From NCBI GenBank assembly GCA_965207885.1, contig OZ242311.1:640001-704000 (forward strand): DNA of 64,000 nucleotides. The letters run 5' to 3'. A model generated the notes under the pieces. The model made no database searches and was not told where the DNA came from. It worked only from the letters and a program-made list of their open reading frames with translations. How positions within the stretch are numbered: position 1 is the first letter of the stretch; each line of letters begins with the position of its first letter. Below are positions 47,878 to 57,361 of the stretch, in pieces. This DNA comes from Candidatus Latescibacterota bacterium. GTDB lineage: Bacteria > Latescibacterota > UBA2968. The position numbers and the translations under genes were made by a program.

Positions 47878-49896
47878 ATGGGTTTGGAGTTCTTTATGAT
47901 TGTGATTTTGGCACCTGTGCTGGGCGTGGTTGGGCTGGTTTGCGCTGGTTTGATTTATCTCTATGTTGCCAGACAATCAGAGGGCACAGAGCTGATGCGG
48001 GAGATCGCGGCGGATATCGAGGATGGTGCCGTGACCTTTTTGAAGCGCGAATACAGCGTGCTCGCCGTTTTTATTGTGCTGGTGTTTGCGCTGGTGTACT
48101 GGGGTATCAATTTGCCCACGGCCATATCTTTTTTGGGCGGCGCGCTTTGTTCGCTTGGCGCGGGTTTTATCGGGATGAAGGCGGCGACCAAGGCGAATGT
48201 GCGGACGGCTTATGCCGCCAGTCAAAGTGGGCGGGATAAGGCGTTGAATGTCGCGTTTTCCGGCGGGGCAGTGATGGGACTATCTGTGGCAAGTCTGGGG
48301 CTTTTTGGCGTGGGCTTGCTTTTTTATTTTTACGGCAAACCCGATCAGGCGGCTATGATTAATGGTTTTGCTATGGGTGCGAGTTCTATTGCGCTCTTTG
48401 CCCGGGTTGGGGGGGGTATTTATACCAAGACGGCAGATGTGGGGGCGGATCTGGTGGGTAAGGTGGAGGCCGGGATACCGGAGGACGATCCGAGAAACCC
48501 AGCTGTTATTGCAGACCATGTGGGCGATAATGTGGGCGATGTGGCGGGGATGGGTGCGGATATTTTTGAGTCTTATGTGGGGTCTATTATTGCGACGATT
48601 GCGATTGCGGCAACGGCTGGTGGCGCGGCATTGGTCACGTTGGGAGGCGATTCGGGCATGGTGCGGGTCGCGGCGATGCAATATCCGCTTGTCGTGGTTA
48701 TGATCGGTTTGTTGGCGTCGATGATCGGCGTGGGGTCTATTCGCATTTTGCAGTCTTTAAGTCCAGATGCAGCGCTGCGCTACGCCACGTATATTTCCGC
48801 TCTTTTGATGCTTGTTGGATCTTTTTTTGCCGCGGAATATCTCGGTTTGGCTCGCGGGGTGTTTTGGGCTATTCTCTTTGGTTGTCTCGTCGGTATTGCC
48901 ATTGCGCTGATGACGGAGTACTACACGGGCGGGGCACCTGTTAAGCGCATTGCCCATTCTTCGGAGACGGGATCGGCGACCAATATGATCGCGGGTCTGG
49001 CAGTGGGGATGGAGAGTACGACGTTGCCGATTTTGGGGATTTGTGTTGCTATTGCAGGGTCGTTTCACTTTGCGGGATTGTACGGTATTGGCATTGCCGC
49101 TGTGGGTATGTTATCGACTGTGGGCGTTACGATGGCGGTGGATGCTTATGGTCCAATTGCCGATAATGCGGGCGGTATTTCCGAGATGGCCCATTTGGGT
49201 CCGGAGACGCGCGAGATTACCGATGAGCTGGACTCGCTCGGGAATACGACGGCGGCGATTGGTAAGGGGTTTGCGATTGGTTCTGCTGCGCTGACTGCGC
49301 TGGCGCTGTTTTCCGCGTATTCGGCGGCTGTGGGGATCGATTCTATTAATTTGACCAAGCCCCTGGTTGTGATTGGTCTGTTTTTGGGCGGTGGTGTGCC
49401 TTTTTGCGTGGCGGCACTGACGATGACGAGTGTGGGCAATGCGGCGTTTAAGATGGTTGAAGAGGTGCGTCGGCAGTTCCGCGAGATTCCAGGGCTGATG
49501 GAGGGGACGGGCAAGCCGGATACGCGCCGCTGTGTGGATATCAGTTCTGTGGCGGCTTTGCGCGAGATGGTGGTGCCCGGTCTGGTGGCTGTGTTGACGC
49601 CGGTGCTGGTTGGCTTTTTTCTGGGGGCAGAGGCGCTGGGCGGTATGCTGGCGGGGGCGACGGTGTCGGGTGTGTTGCTGGCGCTGATGATGGCGAATAG
49701 CGGGGGTGCGCTGGATAATGCGAAGAAGTTGATTGAGGGGGGCAATTTGGGCGGTAAGGGGTCCGAGGCTCACAAGGCAGCCGTGGTTGGCGATACGGTT
49801 GGCGATCCCTTAAAAGATACGTCTGGTCCCGCGTTGAATATTTTGATTAAGTTGATGTCGGTGGTTTCACTGATGCTGGCACCTTTGCTGGCGTGA
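47878..49896 (+). CDS. hppA: Membrane pyrophosphatase, K+-dependent, probably Na+-translocating
   Basis: [42 protein letters not shown]. Confidence 0.95.
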   Translation: MGLEFFMIVILAPVLGVVGLVCAGLIYLYVARQSEGTELMREIAADIEDGAVTFLKREYSVLAVFIVLVFALVYWGINLPTAISFLGGALCSLGAGFIGMKAATKANVRTAYAASQSGRDKALNVAFSGGAVMGLSVASLGLFGVGLLFYFYGKPDQAAMINGFAMGASSIALFARVGGGIYTKTADVGADLVGKVEAGIPEDDPRNPAVIADHVGDNVGDVAGMGADIFESYVGSIIATIAIAATAGGAALVTLGGDSGMVRVAAMQYPLVVVMIGLLASMIGVGSIRILQSLSPDAALRYATYISALLMLVGSFFAAEYLGLARGVFWAILFGCLVGIAIALMTEYYTGGAPVKRIAHSSETGSATNMIAGLAVGMESTTLPILGICVAIAGSFHFAGLYGIGIAAVGMLSTVGVTMAVDAYGPIADNAGGISEMAHLGPETREITDELDSLGNTTAAIGKGFAIGSAALTALALFSAYSAAVGIDSINLTKPLVVIGLFLGGGVPFCVAALTMTSVGNAAFKMVEEVRRQFREIPGLMEGTGKPDTRRCVDISSVAALREMVVPGLVAVLTPVLVGFFLGAEALGGMLAGATVSGVLLALMMANSGGALDNAKKLIEGGNLGGKGSEAHKAAVVGDTVGDPLKDTSGPALNILIKLMSVVSLMLAPLLA

Positions 49897-49990
49897 CCCC
49901 GTATAAGAGCATTACGGGGCAGGCTGCTATTGTCATTGCGGCATGGTCCCGTATAGAGTCACTACGGGACATGCTTAAGCCGCAATCCAG
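49897..49990 (+). repeat. Composite palindromic repeat with nested module
   Basis: CCCCGTA..TACGGGGCAGGCT; GTCATTGCGGCATG[GTCCCGTA..TACGGGAC]ATGCTTAAGCCGCAATCCAG. Confidence 0.85.
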
Positions 49991-50034
49991 GATTTTGTTT
50001 TAAGGTTGTCTTTATAGAAGGTTCGCGTTTTTCA

Positions 50035-50087
50035 CAACCCCGTTCAGAACACGGTTTTCTGAACCATACGTCCATGGGGGATAGTTT
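50035..50087 (+). promoter_or_regulatory. Possible S6:S18 autoregulatory leader
   Basis: CCCC, hairpin GTTCAGAA..TTCTGAAC, and GGGG near the RBS of rpsF. Confidence 0.35.
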
Positions 50088-50432
50088 ATGTCACGAGATT
50101 ACGAGATGGCTTTGATTGTCGATACGCAGGTCGATGCGGACGCGACGATTGATCGCTATGCGTCGTTGCTCGCCGATCAGGGCGCTGCGGTGGTCAATGT
50201 TGACCGCTGGGGCGTGCGCAGGCTCGCTTATGAGATTCAAAAGCGGCAGCAGGGCGACTATACATTTTTTTATTTTCAGGCCGATCCGGGCGCGATTGCA
50301 GATGTCGAGCGGGCGTGCCGTTTGGATGAGGATGTTTTGCGGCATCTGATTCTTCAGACTGATATTCCTCCTCAGGTGGAGGAAGAAGAGGATGCTGAAG
50401 AGGTTTCAGTAGAGGAGGACGGCGATGAATAG
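50088..50432 (+). CDS. rpsF: 30S ribosomal protein S6
   Basis: [23 protein letters not shown]. Confidence 0.96.
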   Translation: MSRDYEMALIVDTQVDADATIDRYASLLADQGAAVVNVDRWGVRRLAYEIQKRQQGDYTFFYFQADPGAIADVERACRLDEDVLRHLILQTDIPPQVEEEEDAEEVSVEEDGDE

Positions 50433-50676
50433 AGGACGTTTGAAAATTTGCCATATTTGCGAGGGTCATTCAAGGGCTTGCCATTTTAAAGCACACCGTT
50501 TGGATGTTCACTATAAGAATGATCGTTTGTTGCGCCGGTTTGTTACAGAGCGCGGGAAAATTGTTCCGCGGCGTATGACGGGTACGTGTGCAAAGGGGCA
50601 GCGCGCATTGGTGCGCGCGATTAAGCGCGCCCGCTTTCTCGCGCTTATGCCTTATGTGAATGATTCGGTTCGGTGA
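50425..50676 (+). CDS. rpsR: 30S ribosomal protein S18 (Cys-containing form)
   Basis: [40 protein letters not shown]. Confidence 0.95.
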   Translation: MNRGRLKICHICEGHSRACHFKAHRLDVHYKNDRLLRRFVTERGKIVPRRMTGTCAKGQRALVRAIKRARFLALMPYVNDSVR

Positions 50677-50690
50677 GATAGGATTACACG

Positions 50691-51134
50691 ATGAAAATTA
50701 TTCTTACAGCAGATGTGGATACGCTGGGCAATGCTGGCGATGTGGTGGAGGTGAAGGATGGGTACGCGCGAAATTTTTTGCTGCCGCGCTCGGTGGCGTT
50801 GATTGCAAATGAGCGCAATATGGCGGTGTACGAGAAGGTGCGCCAGCAACGCGAAGCCCAACAAGCCCGTGAAACGCGCGATGCCGAGTCTCTGGCAGAG
50901 GCTCTGAAAGAGGTTTCGTGCAATGTGGCTGTCAAGGCAGGCGAAGAGGATCGCATTTTTGGATCGGTGACAGCACAGCAAATAGCAGTCGCGCTCAGTG
51001 ACCTGGGGTTCGATATTGATCGTCGAGACATAGAACTCGAAGAGCCAATTCGAGCACTGGGGGTATATGATGTGCCCATCCGACTTTATGCGGGGGTTGT
51101 GGTGTCTGTGAAGGTTTGGGTGGTTAGAGAGTAG
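50691..51134 (+). CDS. rplI: 50S ribosomal protein L9
   Basis: MKIIL..DV..LG..GDVVEVKDGYARNFLLP, IFGSVT. Confidence 0.97.
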   Translation: MKIILTADVDTLGNAGDVVEVKDGYARNFLLPRSVALIANERNMAVYEKVRQQREAQQARETRDAESLAEALKEVSCNVAVKAGEEDRIFGSVTAQQIAVALSDLGFDIDRRDIELEEPIRALGVYDVPIRLYAGVVVSVKVWVVRE

Positions 51135-51166
51135 GGAAGTGTGAAGTAGGAAGTAGGAAGTGTGAT

Positions 51167-51206
51167 AAAAAAAACGGAGGACGTTTTCGCGTCCTCCGTT
51201 TTTTTT
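51167..51206. terminator. Bidirectional intrinsic terminator
   Basis: A-run-CGGAGGACG-ttttcg-CGTCCTCCG-T-run between convergent genes. Confidence 0.85.
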
Positions 51207-52152
51207 ATGCATTTCTCGCACATCGAAACCCCAAGTTGCCCGTGGAGCTGTCCGGCGTGTTTGCGCTGCGGGCAGCCACGCGGTATCGGTTGCAGTAGGA
51301 GTCGTGACACAAATAGGAGCCGCCGCGCATGCTTTTCGCCTGTCCGATGGGGGGACCCGTGGGGTTCTTTGCGGTGCTTTTGAGGTGGAAGGTGGGGCTG
51401 AACCAGTCGCTGCACCATTCCCAGACGTTGCCCGAGATGTTGTAGATGCCGTAGTTGTTGGGGGGGAAGGATGTGACGGGTGCGGTGCCGATGTGTCCGT
51501 CTGCCCGGGTGTTTTGTTCGGGGAATGTGCCCTGCCAGATGTTGCACATGTGTTTGCCATTGGGTTCGAGGTCGTCGCCCCAGGGGTAGCGCATGCTTTT
51601 TAAGCCGCCCCGTGCGGCAAATTCCCATTCGGCTTCTGTGGGCAGGCGTTTTCCCGCCCAGTTGCAATAGGCGATCGCGTCGTTCCACGAGATGTGGATC
51701 GCGGGGTGATGCCAGCGGTTGTTGATATTTGTGCGGGGTCCTTCGGGGCGGTGCCAGCAGGCGCTGTCAACAGCAAACCACCAGGGGGTATCGACGACGG
51801 TTTGCGAGATGTGCGAGGCGGTGTTGGAGGGGACAAAGAGGTGGAAGACAAAGGACCAGCCAAAGCGTTCGGCTTCGGTTTTGTACGCGGTTGCGCGGAC
51901 GAATTTGGCAAAGTCGGCGTTGGTGACGGCACACTCATCGAGGTAAAAGGGATCGACTGTGGCTTCGCGCACGGGTCCTTCGCCGTCTTCTGCAAAGCCT
52001 TCGTTGCCATCTGTTCCCATGAGAAAGGTGCCGCCCGAGAGGCGTACCATGCCTTTGAGGGATGTATCACTTCTGCGCCGCGTTTTTTGTTTGCGCGTTT
52101 TTCTTTTTTTGGATGAGACAGGTCTGCTCGCACCGCAGCAGGGGGAGGACAT
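51205..52152 (-). CDS. Formylglycine-generating enzyme (SUMF1 family)
   Basis: RLPTEAEWE, GNVWEW, RGGSYLCHDSYCNRYRVAAR, NLGFRC. Confidence 0.93.
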   Translation of the reverse strand: MSSPCCGASRPVSSKKRKTRKQKTRRRSDTSLKGMVRLSGGTFLMGTDGNEGFAEDGEGPVREATVDPFYLDECAVTNADFAKFVRATAYKTEAERFGWSFVFHLFVPSNTASHISQTVVDTPWWFAVDSACWHRPEGPRTNINNRWHHPAIHISWNDAIAYCNWAGKRLPTEAEWEFAARGGLKSMRYPWGDDLEPNGKHMCNIWQGTFPEQNTRADGHIGTAPVTSFPPNNYGIYNISGNVWEWCSDWFSPTFHLKSTAKNPTGPPIGQAKSMRGGSYLCHDSYCNRYRVAARSANTPDSSTGNLGFRCARNA

Positions 52153-52266
52153 AGTGATTCTCCTGAGGTTATGGGTTGCGCGAATACGGGTTTAATGATA
52201 CGATGCGACGTGCGGGCTGTCAAGAGAAGGGAGAAGTGTGAAGGGAGAAGTGTAAGAGGGCACCGT

Positions 52267-52744
52267 CGTCATTGCGGCAGGATGTAAGCCGCAATCCAGA
52301 AGGTTTTATCTGCTAAGAGAAGAGAGAAAGGTCATCAACAAAGCCGTCATCGCGGTATGGTTTTGAGCCGCGATCCAGAAGGTTTTATCTGTCCCTTGAG
52401 GTGTTAATAAAGGGGACAGACTATTTCCGCTTGCTTTTTGTCTGTTTATACTTCATTATTTTTAATGAATTCATTAATCCAGAGGTGTCGGGCAAAGCCT
52501 GCACCGCAATGCCTGCCATATAGAATCATTGCCTATGCGGAGGCACTCGTCATCGCGGTATGTATCCCTGCTCAACATCATGCAGAACCTGTCCCGTAGT
52601 GCCTTTATACGGGAGCCTGCCCCGTAGTGCTTTAATACGGGGGGCATGCGTAAGCCGCGATCCAGAAGGTTTTATCTGCTAAGAGAAGAGAGAAAGGTCA
52701 TCAACAAAGCCGTCATCGCGGTATGGTTTTGAGCCGCGATCCAG
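52267..52744 (+). repeat. Dense cluster of four palindromic repeats with nested modules and a 95 bp direct duplication
   Basis: Copies start at 52267, 52345, 52548, 52711; 52284-52378 matches 52650-52744 with one mismatch. Confidence 0.9.
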
Positions 52745-52756
52745 CGGAATCAACAA

Positions 52757-53044
52757 GTGAATCAACCTTGCGTATATATCATGGCGAGCAAACGCAACGG
52801 AACCCTGTACACTGGCGTTACCTCGAATCTTATCCAACGGGTTTGGCTGCACAAAAATAACCTGGTGGAAGGATTCACGAAGCGTTATAGCATCCACACA
52901 CTGGTTTGGTATGAGGTTCATGAAACAATGCAAAGTGCCATCATGAAGGAGAAGAGGGTGAAGAAATGGAAACGGGTATGGAAGCTTGCATTGATTGAAA
53001 AGAATAATCCAGGATGGCGAGATTTGTACACGGACTTCATCTGA
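52757..53044 (+). CDS. Stand-alone GIY-YIG nuclease (UPF0213-like)
   Basis: VYIMASKRNGTLYTGVTSNL..RV..HK, GFTKRY, LVWYE, AI.KEK..KKWKR.WK..LIE..NP.W.DL. Confidence 0.92.
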   Translation: MNQPCVYIMASKRNGTLYTGVTSNLIQRVWLHKNNLVEGFTKRYSIHTLVWYEVHETMQSAIMKEKRVKKWKRVWKLALIEKNNPGWRDLYTDFI

Positions 53045-53068
53045 CCTTATATTATAAGGATCTTATGA

Positions 53069-53338
53069 ATGGCAAAAACATCAGTCGAAATTCCCGATCA
53101 AAAAATGGCGGAATTGGAAGCCTATAAAGACCGGTTAGGAGAGCTTCTGTTGCTCGGGTTATCTCAGGTCAAAATTCAGGAAGCCCTGTTGCTCTACCAG
53201 CGTGGGCTTATATCAATTGGCAGAGCAGCAGAACTCGCAGATCTAACAGAGCAGGAAATGGTACATCAGGCTCGGATTGTTGGGATCCAACCTCGTTGGA
53301 GTAAAACCCAGGTTCAGGAAGAGATAGTGGAGAATTGA
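53069..53338 (+). CDS. UPF0175-family (antitoxin-like) protein
   Basis: LYQRGLISIGRAAELADL motif. Confidence 0.75.
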   Translation: MAKTSVEIPDQKMAELEAYKDRLGELLLLGLSQVKIQEALLLYQRGLISIGRAAELADLTEQEMVHQARIVGIQPRWSKTQVQEEIVEN

Positions 53339-53347
53339 AATTTTTCT

Positions 53348-53545
53348 ATGCCACGTAAAATTAGGGAACTCATTAAAGACCTTGAGGCTGCTGGGTTTGT
53401 AAATCGTGGCGGAAGAGGAAGTCATAGAAAATTTGTTCATTCCAAAGTTTCTAAATCGGTGATCCTTTCCGGTCAACTTGGTGATGATGCAAAACACTAT
53501 CAAGAGAGAGATGTCAAGGTGGCTATTGAGGTATCAAAAAGATGA
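53348..53545 (+). CDS. hicA: HicA-family toxin
   Basis: RELIKDLEAAGF...GRGSHRKF.H. Confidence 0.88.
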   Translation: MPRKIRELIKDLEAAGFVNRGGRGSHRKFVHSKVSKSVILSGQLGDDAKHYQERDVKVAIEVSKR

Positions 53546-53757
53546 AAAAAAGTGCCCGTTACGCGAAAATAGTGGCCTGGTCGAAAGAGGATCAGTGCTA
53601 TGTTGGAAGATGTCCGGGACTATTTTATGGTGGATGTCACGGCGATGACGAGCAAGAGGTGTTTTCAGAATTGTGTCGCATTGTCGAAGATACCATTGAA
53701 TTATACGAGCGAGACCGCAAACCACTGCCAGTACCCGAGATGCTAAGCATTGCCTGA
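53542..53757 (+). CDS. hicB: HicB-family antitoxin (short)
   Basis: WSKEDQCYVG.CPGL..CHGD...PLP; overlaps the hicA stop. Confidence 0.85.
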   Translation: MKKSARYAKIVAWSKEDQCYVGRCPGLFYGGCHGDDEQEVFSELCRIVEDTIELYERDRKPLPVPEMLSIA

Positions 53758-53788
53758 CTATTTTTTAATTCATATAAGGATTCCTCAC

Positions 53789-54403
53789 ATGACAGAAATG
53801 GAAGTGATTGCCGTGCAGCTTGAACCCAATAGCAATCATCCGCTGGTCTGGTTAAAGGATAAGGACCAGAAGGTTTTTTTGCCCATTGCAATTGGCAATT
53901 TTGAGGCGGTTGCGATTTCTCTGGTGCTTCACGATGAGCCGCCGCCGCGTCCTATTGCGTATGATTTGTTGTGTGCCATTATGGATGGGTTCGATGTACG
54001 CGTCGAGCAAGTGCTGGTCAGTGCGTTGAAAGACGAGACGTTTTTTGCCGAGATTACACTTGTCCGCGATGGGGAGTCGATTGTTATTGATTCGCGCCCG
54101 AGCGATGCGCTGGCATTGGCGTTGCGCGTTGATGCGCCGGTTTTTGTGGCGGACCAGGTGATTGAGGAGGCGGGGCTGTCGGTCAAGCAAGATGTGCCCA
54201 TTGAGGACGGCGAAGATAATATTGCTGCGATTGTTGCGTCTGTCGCAGAGGATGAACCCGCTGAGGAGGCGCCCGATCAGGTGACGCAGCAGGTAGATGC
54301 GCTCAAGGCGCGTTTGCAAGAGGCGGTCGCGCTGGAAGAGTACGAAGAAGCCGCCAGGCTGCGCGACGAAATCGGCAGGCTCGAACACAGTATTGAAAAA
54401 TGA
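53789..54403 (+). CDS. Bifunctional nuclease (DUF151) with C-terminal UVR domain
   Basis: LPIAIG..EA.AI, PPRP..YDL, DSRPSDALALALR, AVALEEYEEAARLRDEI. Confidence 0.9.
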   Translation: MTEMEVIAVQLEPNSNHPLVWLKDKDQKVFLPIAIGNFEAVAISLVLHDEPPPRPIAYDLLCAIMDGFDVRVEQVLVSALKDETFFAEITLVRDGESIVIDSRPSDALALALRVDAPVFVADQVIEEAGLSVKQDVPIEDGEDNIAAIVASVAEDEPAEEAPDQVTQQVDALKARLQEAVALEEYEEAARLRDEIGRLEHSIEK

Positions 54404-54469
54404 TCGCGCGTTATTATAATATTGTATAAGCCGTGATCCAGAAGGTTCTTTATATACAGGACATTATTC

Positions 54470-54769
54470 ATGACCAGAACATTTTCCTATACTCAAGCAC
54501 GCGATAGGCTTGCCAGTCTCTGCAAAGATGTGACGGATGACAGTGATTACGTCATTATCACCCGTCCAGGGCATGAAGATGTCGCTCTGATTTCTGCATC
54601 TGAGCTTTCCAGCCTTATAGAAACTGCACATCTTCTCAGTTCACCCAAAAATGCGAAACGACTGGCAACAGCGCTAAATCGAGCAAAAGCCGGTACAGAA
54701 CCCGCTCAATCCGTTGACGACTTGCGCGGCCTTCACACTTCTTTTCTCTGCGATTCAGTATTGAAATAA
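54470..54769 (+). CDS. Phd/YefM-family antitoxin, no adjacent toxin gene
   Basis: SYTQAR..LA, VIITR, SLIETAHLLSSPKNAKRL. Confidence 0.85.
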   Translation: MTRTFSYTQARDRLASLCKDVTDDSDYVIITRPGHEDVALISASELSSLIETAHLLSSPKNAKRLATALNRAKAGTEPAQSVDDLRGLHTSFLCDSVLK

Positions 54770-55032
54770 AAGCACATATCTTTCACCCTATCCCCACCTC
54801 TATAGATCAAAACGTACACGCTTAACGCCCAGCGCGTTCCACGTGTATGTATCTCTCAAAGTGATTCCTGCATTCAAGAGAAGCCGCCATACAGCATATT
54901 AAAAGCCTGATGCGGCTATTTGAGCTTTTGTCCATACAATGTATCGCTCAATTTCTGTGACGTTGGCCTGATATTTGCTCAGGGTCTGACTGTTGCGTGT
55001 AAAACTCATCCATCAGACTCAGGGCATCTCAC

Positions 55033-55914
55033 ATGGCCGAATATGACACCGTCTCCAAAGATCTGATCCAGACCTATCCCAAAGACTTTATCCGCCTCAC
55101 ACTTGAACAGGACGATGTAGAAGTCCTGGACATCCTCAACACAGAGCAAAACACAGTTGAAACGCGCCACATGGATAGCCTCATTCGCGTCCAGATCGCT
55201 GGTCAGGAGGCATTGGTGCATCACGAGTTTCAAACGACTGACGATCCCTCTATGCCGCTCCGCATGGCGGGCTATATAATACGTGCGATGGGGCAGCACG
55301 GTCTGCCGGTTTCTTCGAGTGTGATCTACTTGCGGCGCAGTGCGGGTCGGCGCGATCCAGGGTATTATGTCCAGGATTTTCTCGGCCGTCGTGTTTTGAT
55401 AGAATACACAGTGATTCGGCTGAGTGAAATAGAGGGACAGGATATTATTGATGGCGGACCTTCGGGCTTGTTTCCGTTCGTGCCGTTGATGAAGCGTCCG
55501 TCTGGAATAGATTCAGAGGCGTGGTTGCATCACTGTGTTGACGCGACGAATGCTTTGCCGGTGGATGAATCAATAAAGATTGACTTTTTGGACAGGATGA
55601 TGATATTGAGTGGGTTAGAGTATGATCCAACGCTGATCAATCGTATTCTATTACAGGAGGGTCTTATGGACGCTATTATGCGCGAATCATCGTTTGCACA
55701 ATACATTAGGCAACAAGGTATAGAACAAGGGGGAAGGCAACGCGCCATTGAAGATATTCTCGACGTGTTGGAGATTCGATTTGATCTGAGTGAAGCACAT
55801 CCCTTATCTGCCCGCATTGCCGCGATTGATGATTTGCAACGCCTGAAGCAGTTGCTCCGTGCAGCGATCCAGGTGTCCAGCCTTGAGGCATTTGAGCAAG
55901 CGTTGGATGGGTGA
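55033..55914 (+). CDS. Rpn/YadD-like (PD-(D/E)xK) protein
   Basis: YDTVSK.L, DSL, HHEFQT..D.SMPLRM..Y, QQGIEQG, LEIRF, IDDLQRLKQL. Confidence 0.75.
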   Translation: MAEYDTVSKDLIQTYPKDFIRLTLEQDDVEVLDILNTEQNTVETRHMDSLIRVQIAGQEALVHHEFQTTDDPSMPLRMAGYIIRAMGQHGLPVSSSVIYLRRSAGRRDPGYYVQDFLGRRVLIEYTVIRLSEIEGQDIIDGGPSGLFPFVPLMKRPSGIDSEAWLHHCVDATNALPVDESIKIDFLDRMMILSGLEYDPTLINRILLQEGLMDAIMRESSFAQYIRQQGIEQGGRQRAIEDILDVLEIRFDLSEAHPLSARIAAIDDLQRLKQLLRAAIQVSSLEAFEQALDG

Positions 55915-55952
55915 CGCGGTTACCCTGAAGCATGACGCCAATAATCCATCAC

Positions 55953-55993
55953 CGTCATCGCGGAGTGGTTTCATCCGCGATCCAGAAGGTTTT
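55953..55993 (+). repeat. CGTCA...TCCAG palindromic repeat (stem variant)
   Basis: CGTCATCGCGGAGTGGTTTCATCCGCGATCCAGAAGGTTTT. Confidence 0.85.
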
Positions 55994-56083
55994 TCTATCT
56001 GACCGCTGGATGTGTCTCCCAACCAGTCCCCGCCCCTCTTACTGTCCCCGTGCCGTTTTCCTCTTCTTCATTATATTATATTT

Positions 56084-57281
56084 CATGGTACACGACAAAA
56101 CTTAAATTGTTTTAAACAGTGGCGGATTACTCAGTAAACGAATGCATATGAGGAACTGTTGGGTTTGTTGGTTTATATTGAGCAGGACATACTGCAAATA
56201 GTCCAACCCATATCGGAAGAGACTTTTCTCCATCCGCCCGTGATTTTTGATCGTCAAAGGATTTGTTTTTGCTATCCATTCGCCGATGATATGCGCCCAG
56301 ATGCAGGCAATGGCCAAAAGCGCGATGAGTTTCTCAATGCGGTCTTGATGTATAAGATGGGTCTCTTCCAGATTAAATCCTCGACTTTTAAGATTGGCAA
56401 AAAGGACTTCAATGCCCCATCGTTTTTTATAGGTATCCAATGCGGCTTGACCTTTTTGGTTGCTGGCAAGAATGAGGTATTGGTCCTTCAATCTTAGTGC
56501 AGACAGATATACAGGCAGGTCATAAACGCGGTGGCGTTTGCACAAGTTGACCTGCTGATGGATATTAAGATTTTCAAACCGTTTTCTTATGGGGATCTCT
56601 CTACCGCCTGATGAGACAAGAGCGTTTTCCTTGATGCGAATAACAAAGGGTATATTTTGTGTGTCTAACCACCTAAACCATTCTCTTCCAATAAATTCTC
56701 TGTCTGCGACGACAACGCGGATATGCGATTTGCAGATGCAGTTGAGCATTTCTTGCATCAAATGGATACGCTCATCACTATTGGAATTGCCCCGTTTTTT
56801 TAACAAGTGCCAACAGATAGGAAAGGCGACCCCTTCATAGATAATGCCTGCGGTTAGGATGTTGATATTGAATTTTCCCAACTTCCAATTGGTGCGATCT
56901 ATTGAGACTATAAAATCCGACTTTATAGGTAATAAGTGCAAGATCAATTGTCTCACACACGCATAGGGTAAGGCAAAGTGGGCAAAGAAGCGTTGGATAC
57001 GACGATAATTAGATTTCTGCTTGACGGTTCCATTGAGTGCGTTTGCCAGTTTCATAAAATTGACGCTACGCAATTTTATCAGCGACAATATGAACGCAGC
57101 GGTAAACGTTATTCGGGCTTTATGCCAGTGAAAATATCCTTGCATAATCGTTTGAAGTTCAATAGTTTCAGGAGACATAGACCTGTGCCTTGTTAAGATG
57201 AGAAAGGTTTGTCTTGGGACATTCAAACCTAACTCTTTTTAGCTTTTTTCACAGGTCTTTTATTTTTTGTCGTGTACTATG
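56084..57281 (-). mobile_element. IS4-family (IS10-like) insertion sequence, copy 2 (1198 bp)
   Basis: Same TIRs as copy 1; 9 bp TSD ATTATATTT. Confidence 0.95.
56102..57226 (-). CDS. IS4-family transposase
   Basis: Translation identical to 32651-33775. Confidence 0.95.
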   Translation of the reverse strand: MNVPRQTFLILTRHRSMSPETIELQTIMQGYFHWHKARITFTAAFILSLIKLRSVNFMKLANALNGTVKQKSNYRRIQRFFAHFALPYACVRQLILHLLPIKSDFIVSIDRTNWKLGKFNINILTAGIIYEGVAFPICWHLLKKRGNSNSDERIHLMQEMLNCICKSHIRVVVADREFIGREWFRWLDTQNIPFVIRIKENALVSSGGREIPIRKRFENLNIHQQVNLCKRHRVYDLPVYLSALRLKDQYLILASNQKGQAALDTYKKRWGIEVLFANLKSRGFNLEETHLIHQDRIEKLIALLAIACIWAHIIGEWIAKTNPLTIKNHGRMEKSLFRYGLDYLQYVLLNINQQTQQFLICIRLLSNPPLFKTI

Positions 57282-57361
57282 ATTATATTTACCAGATATC
57301 TCAACAGCAGACCGCCTGGCGGCAATGGGGATTGGTGTAAGTTTTCTCTTACGGAGTTGAA

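Noticed and set aside
52267-52744. CRISPR array
   Set aside because: Units vary and nest, spacing is irregular, one spacer is duplicated, copies are dispersed across the window and no cas genes are present
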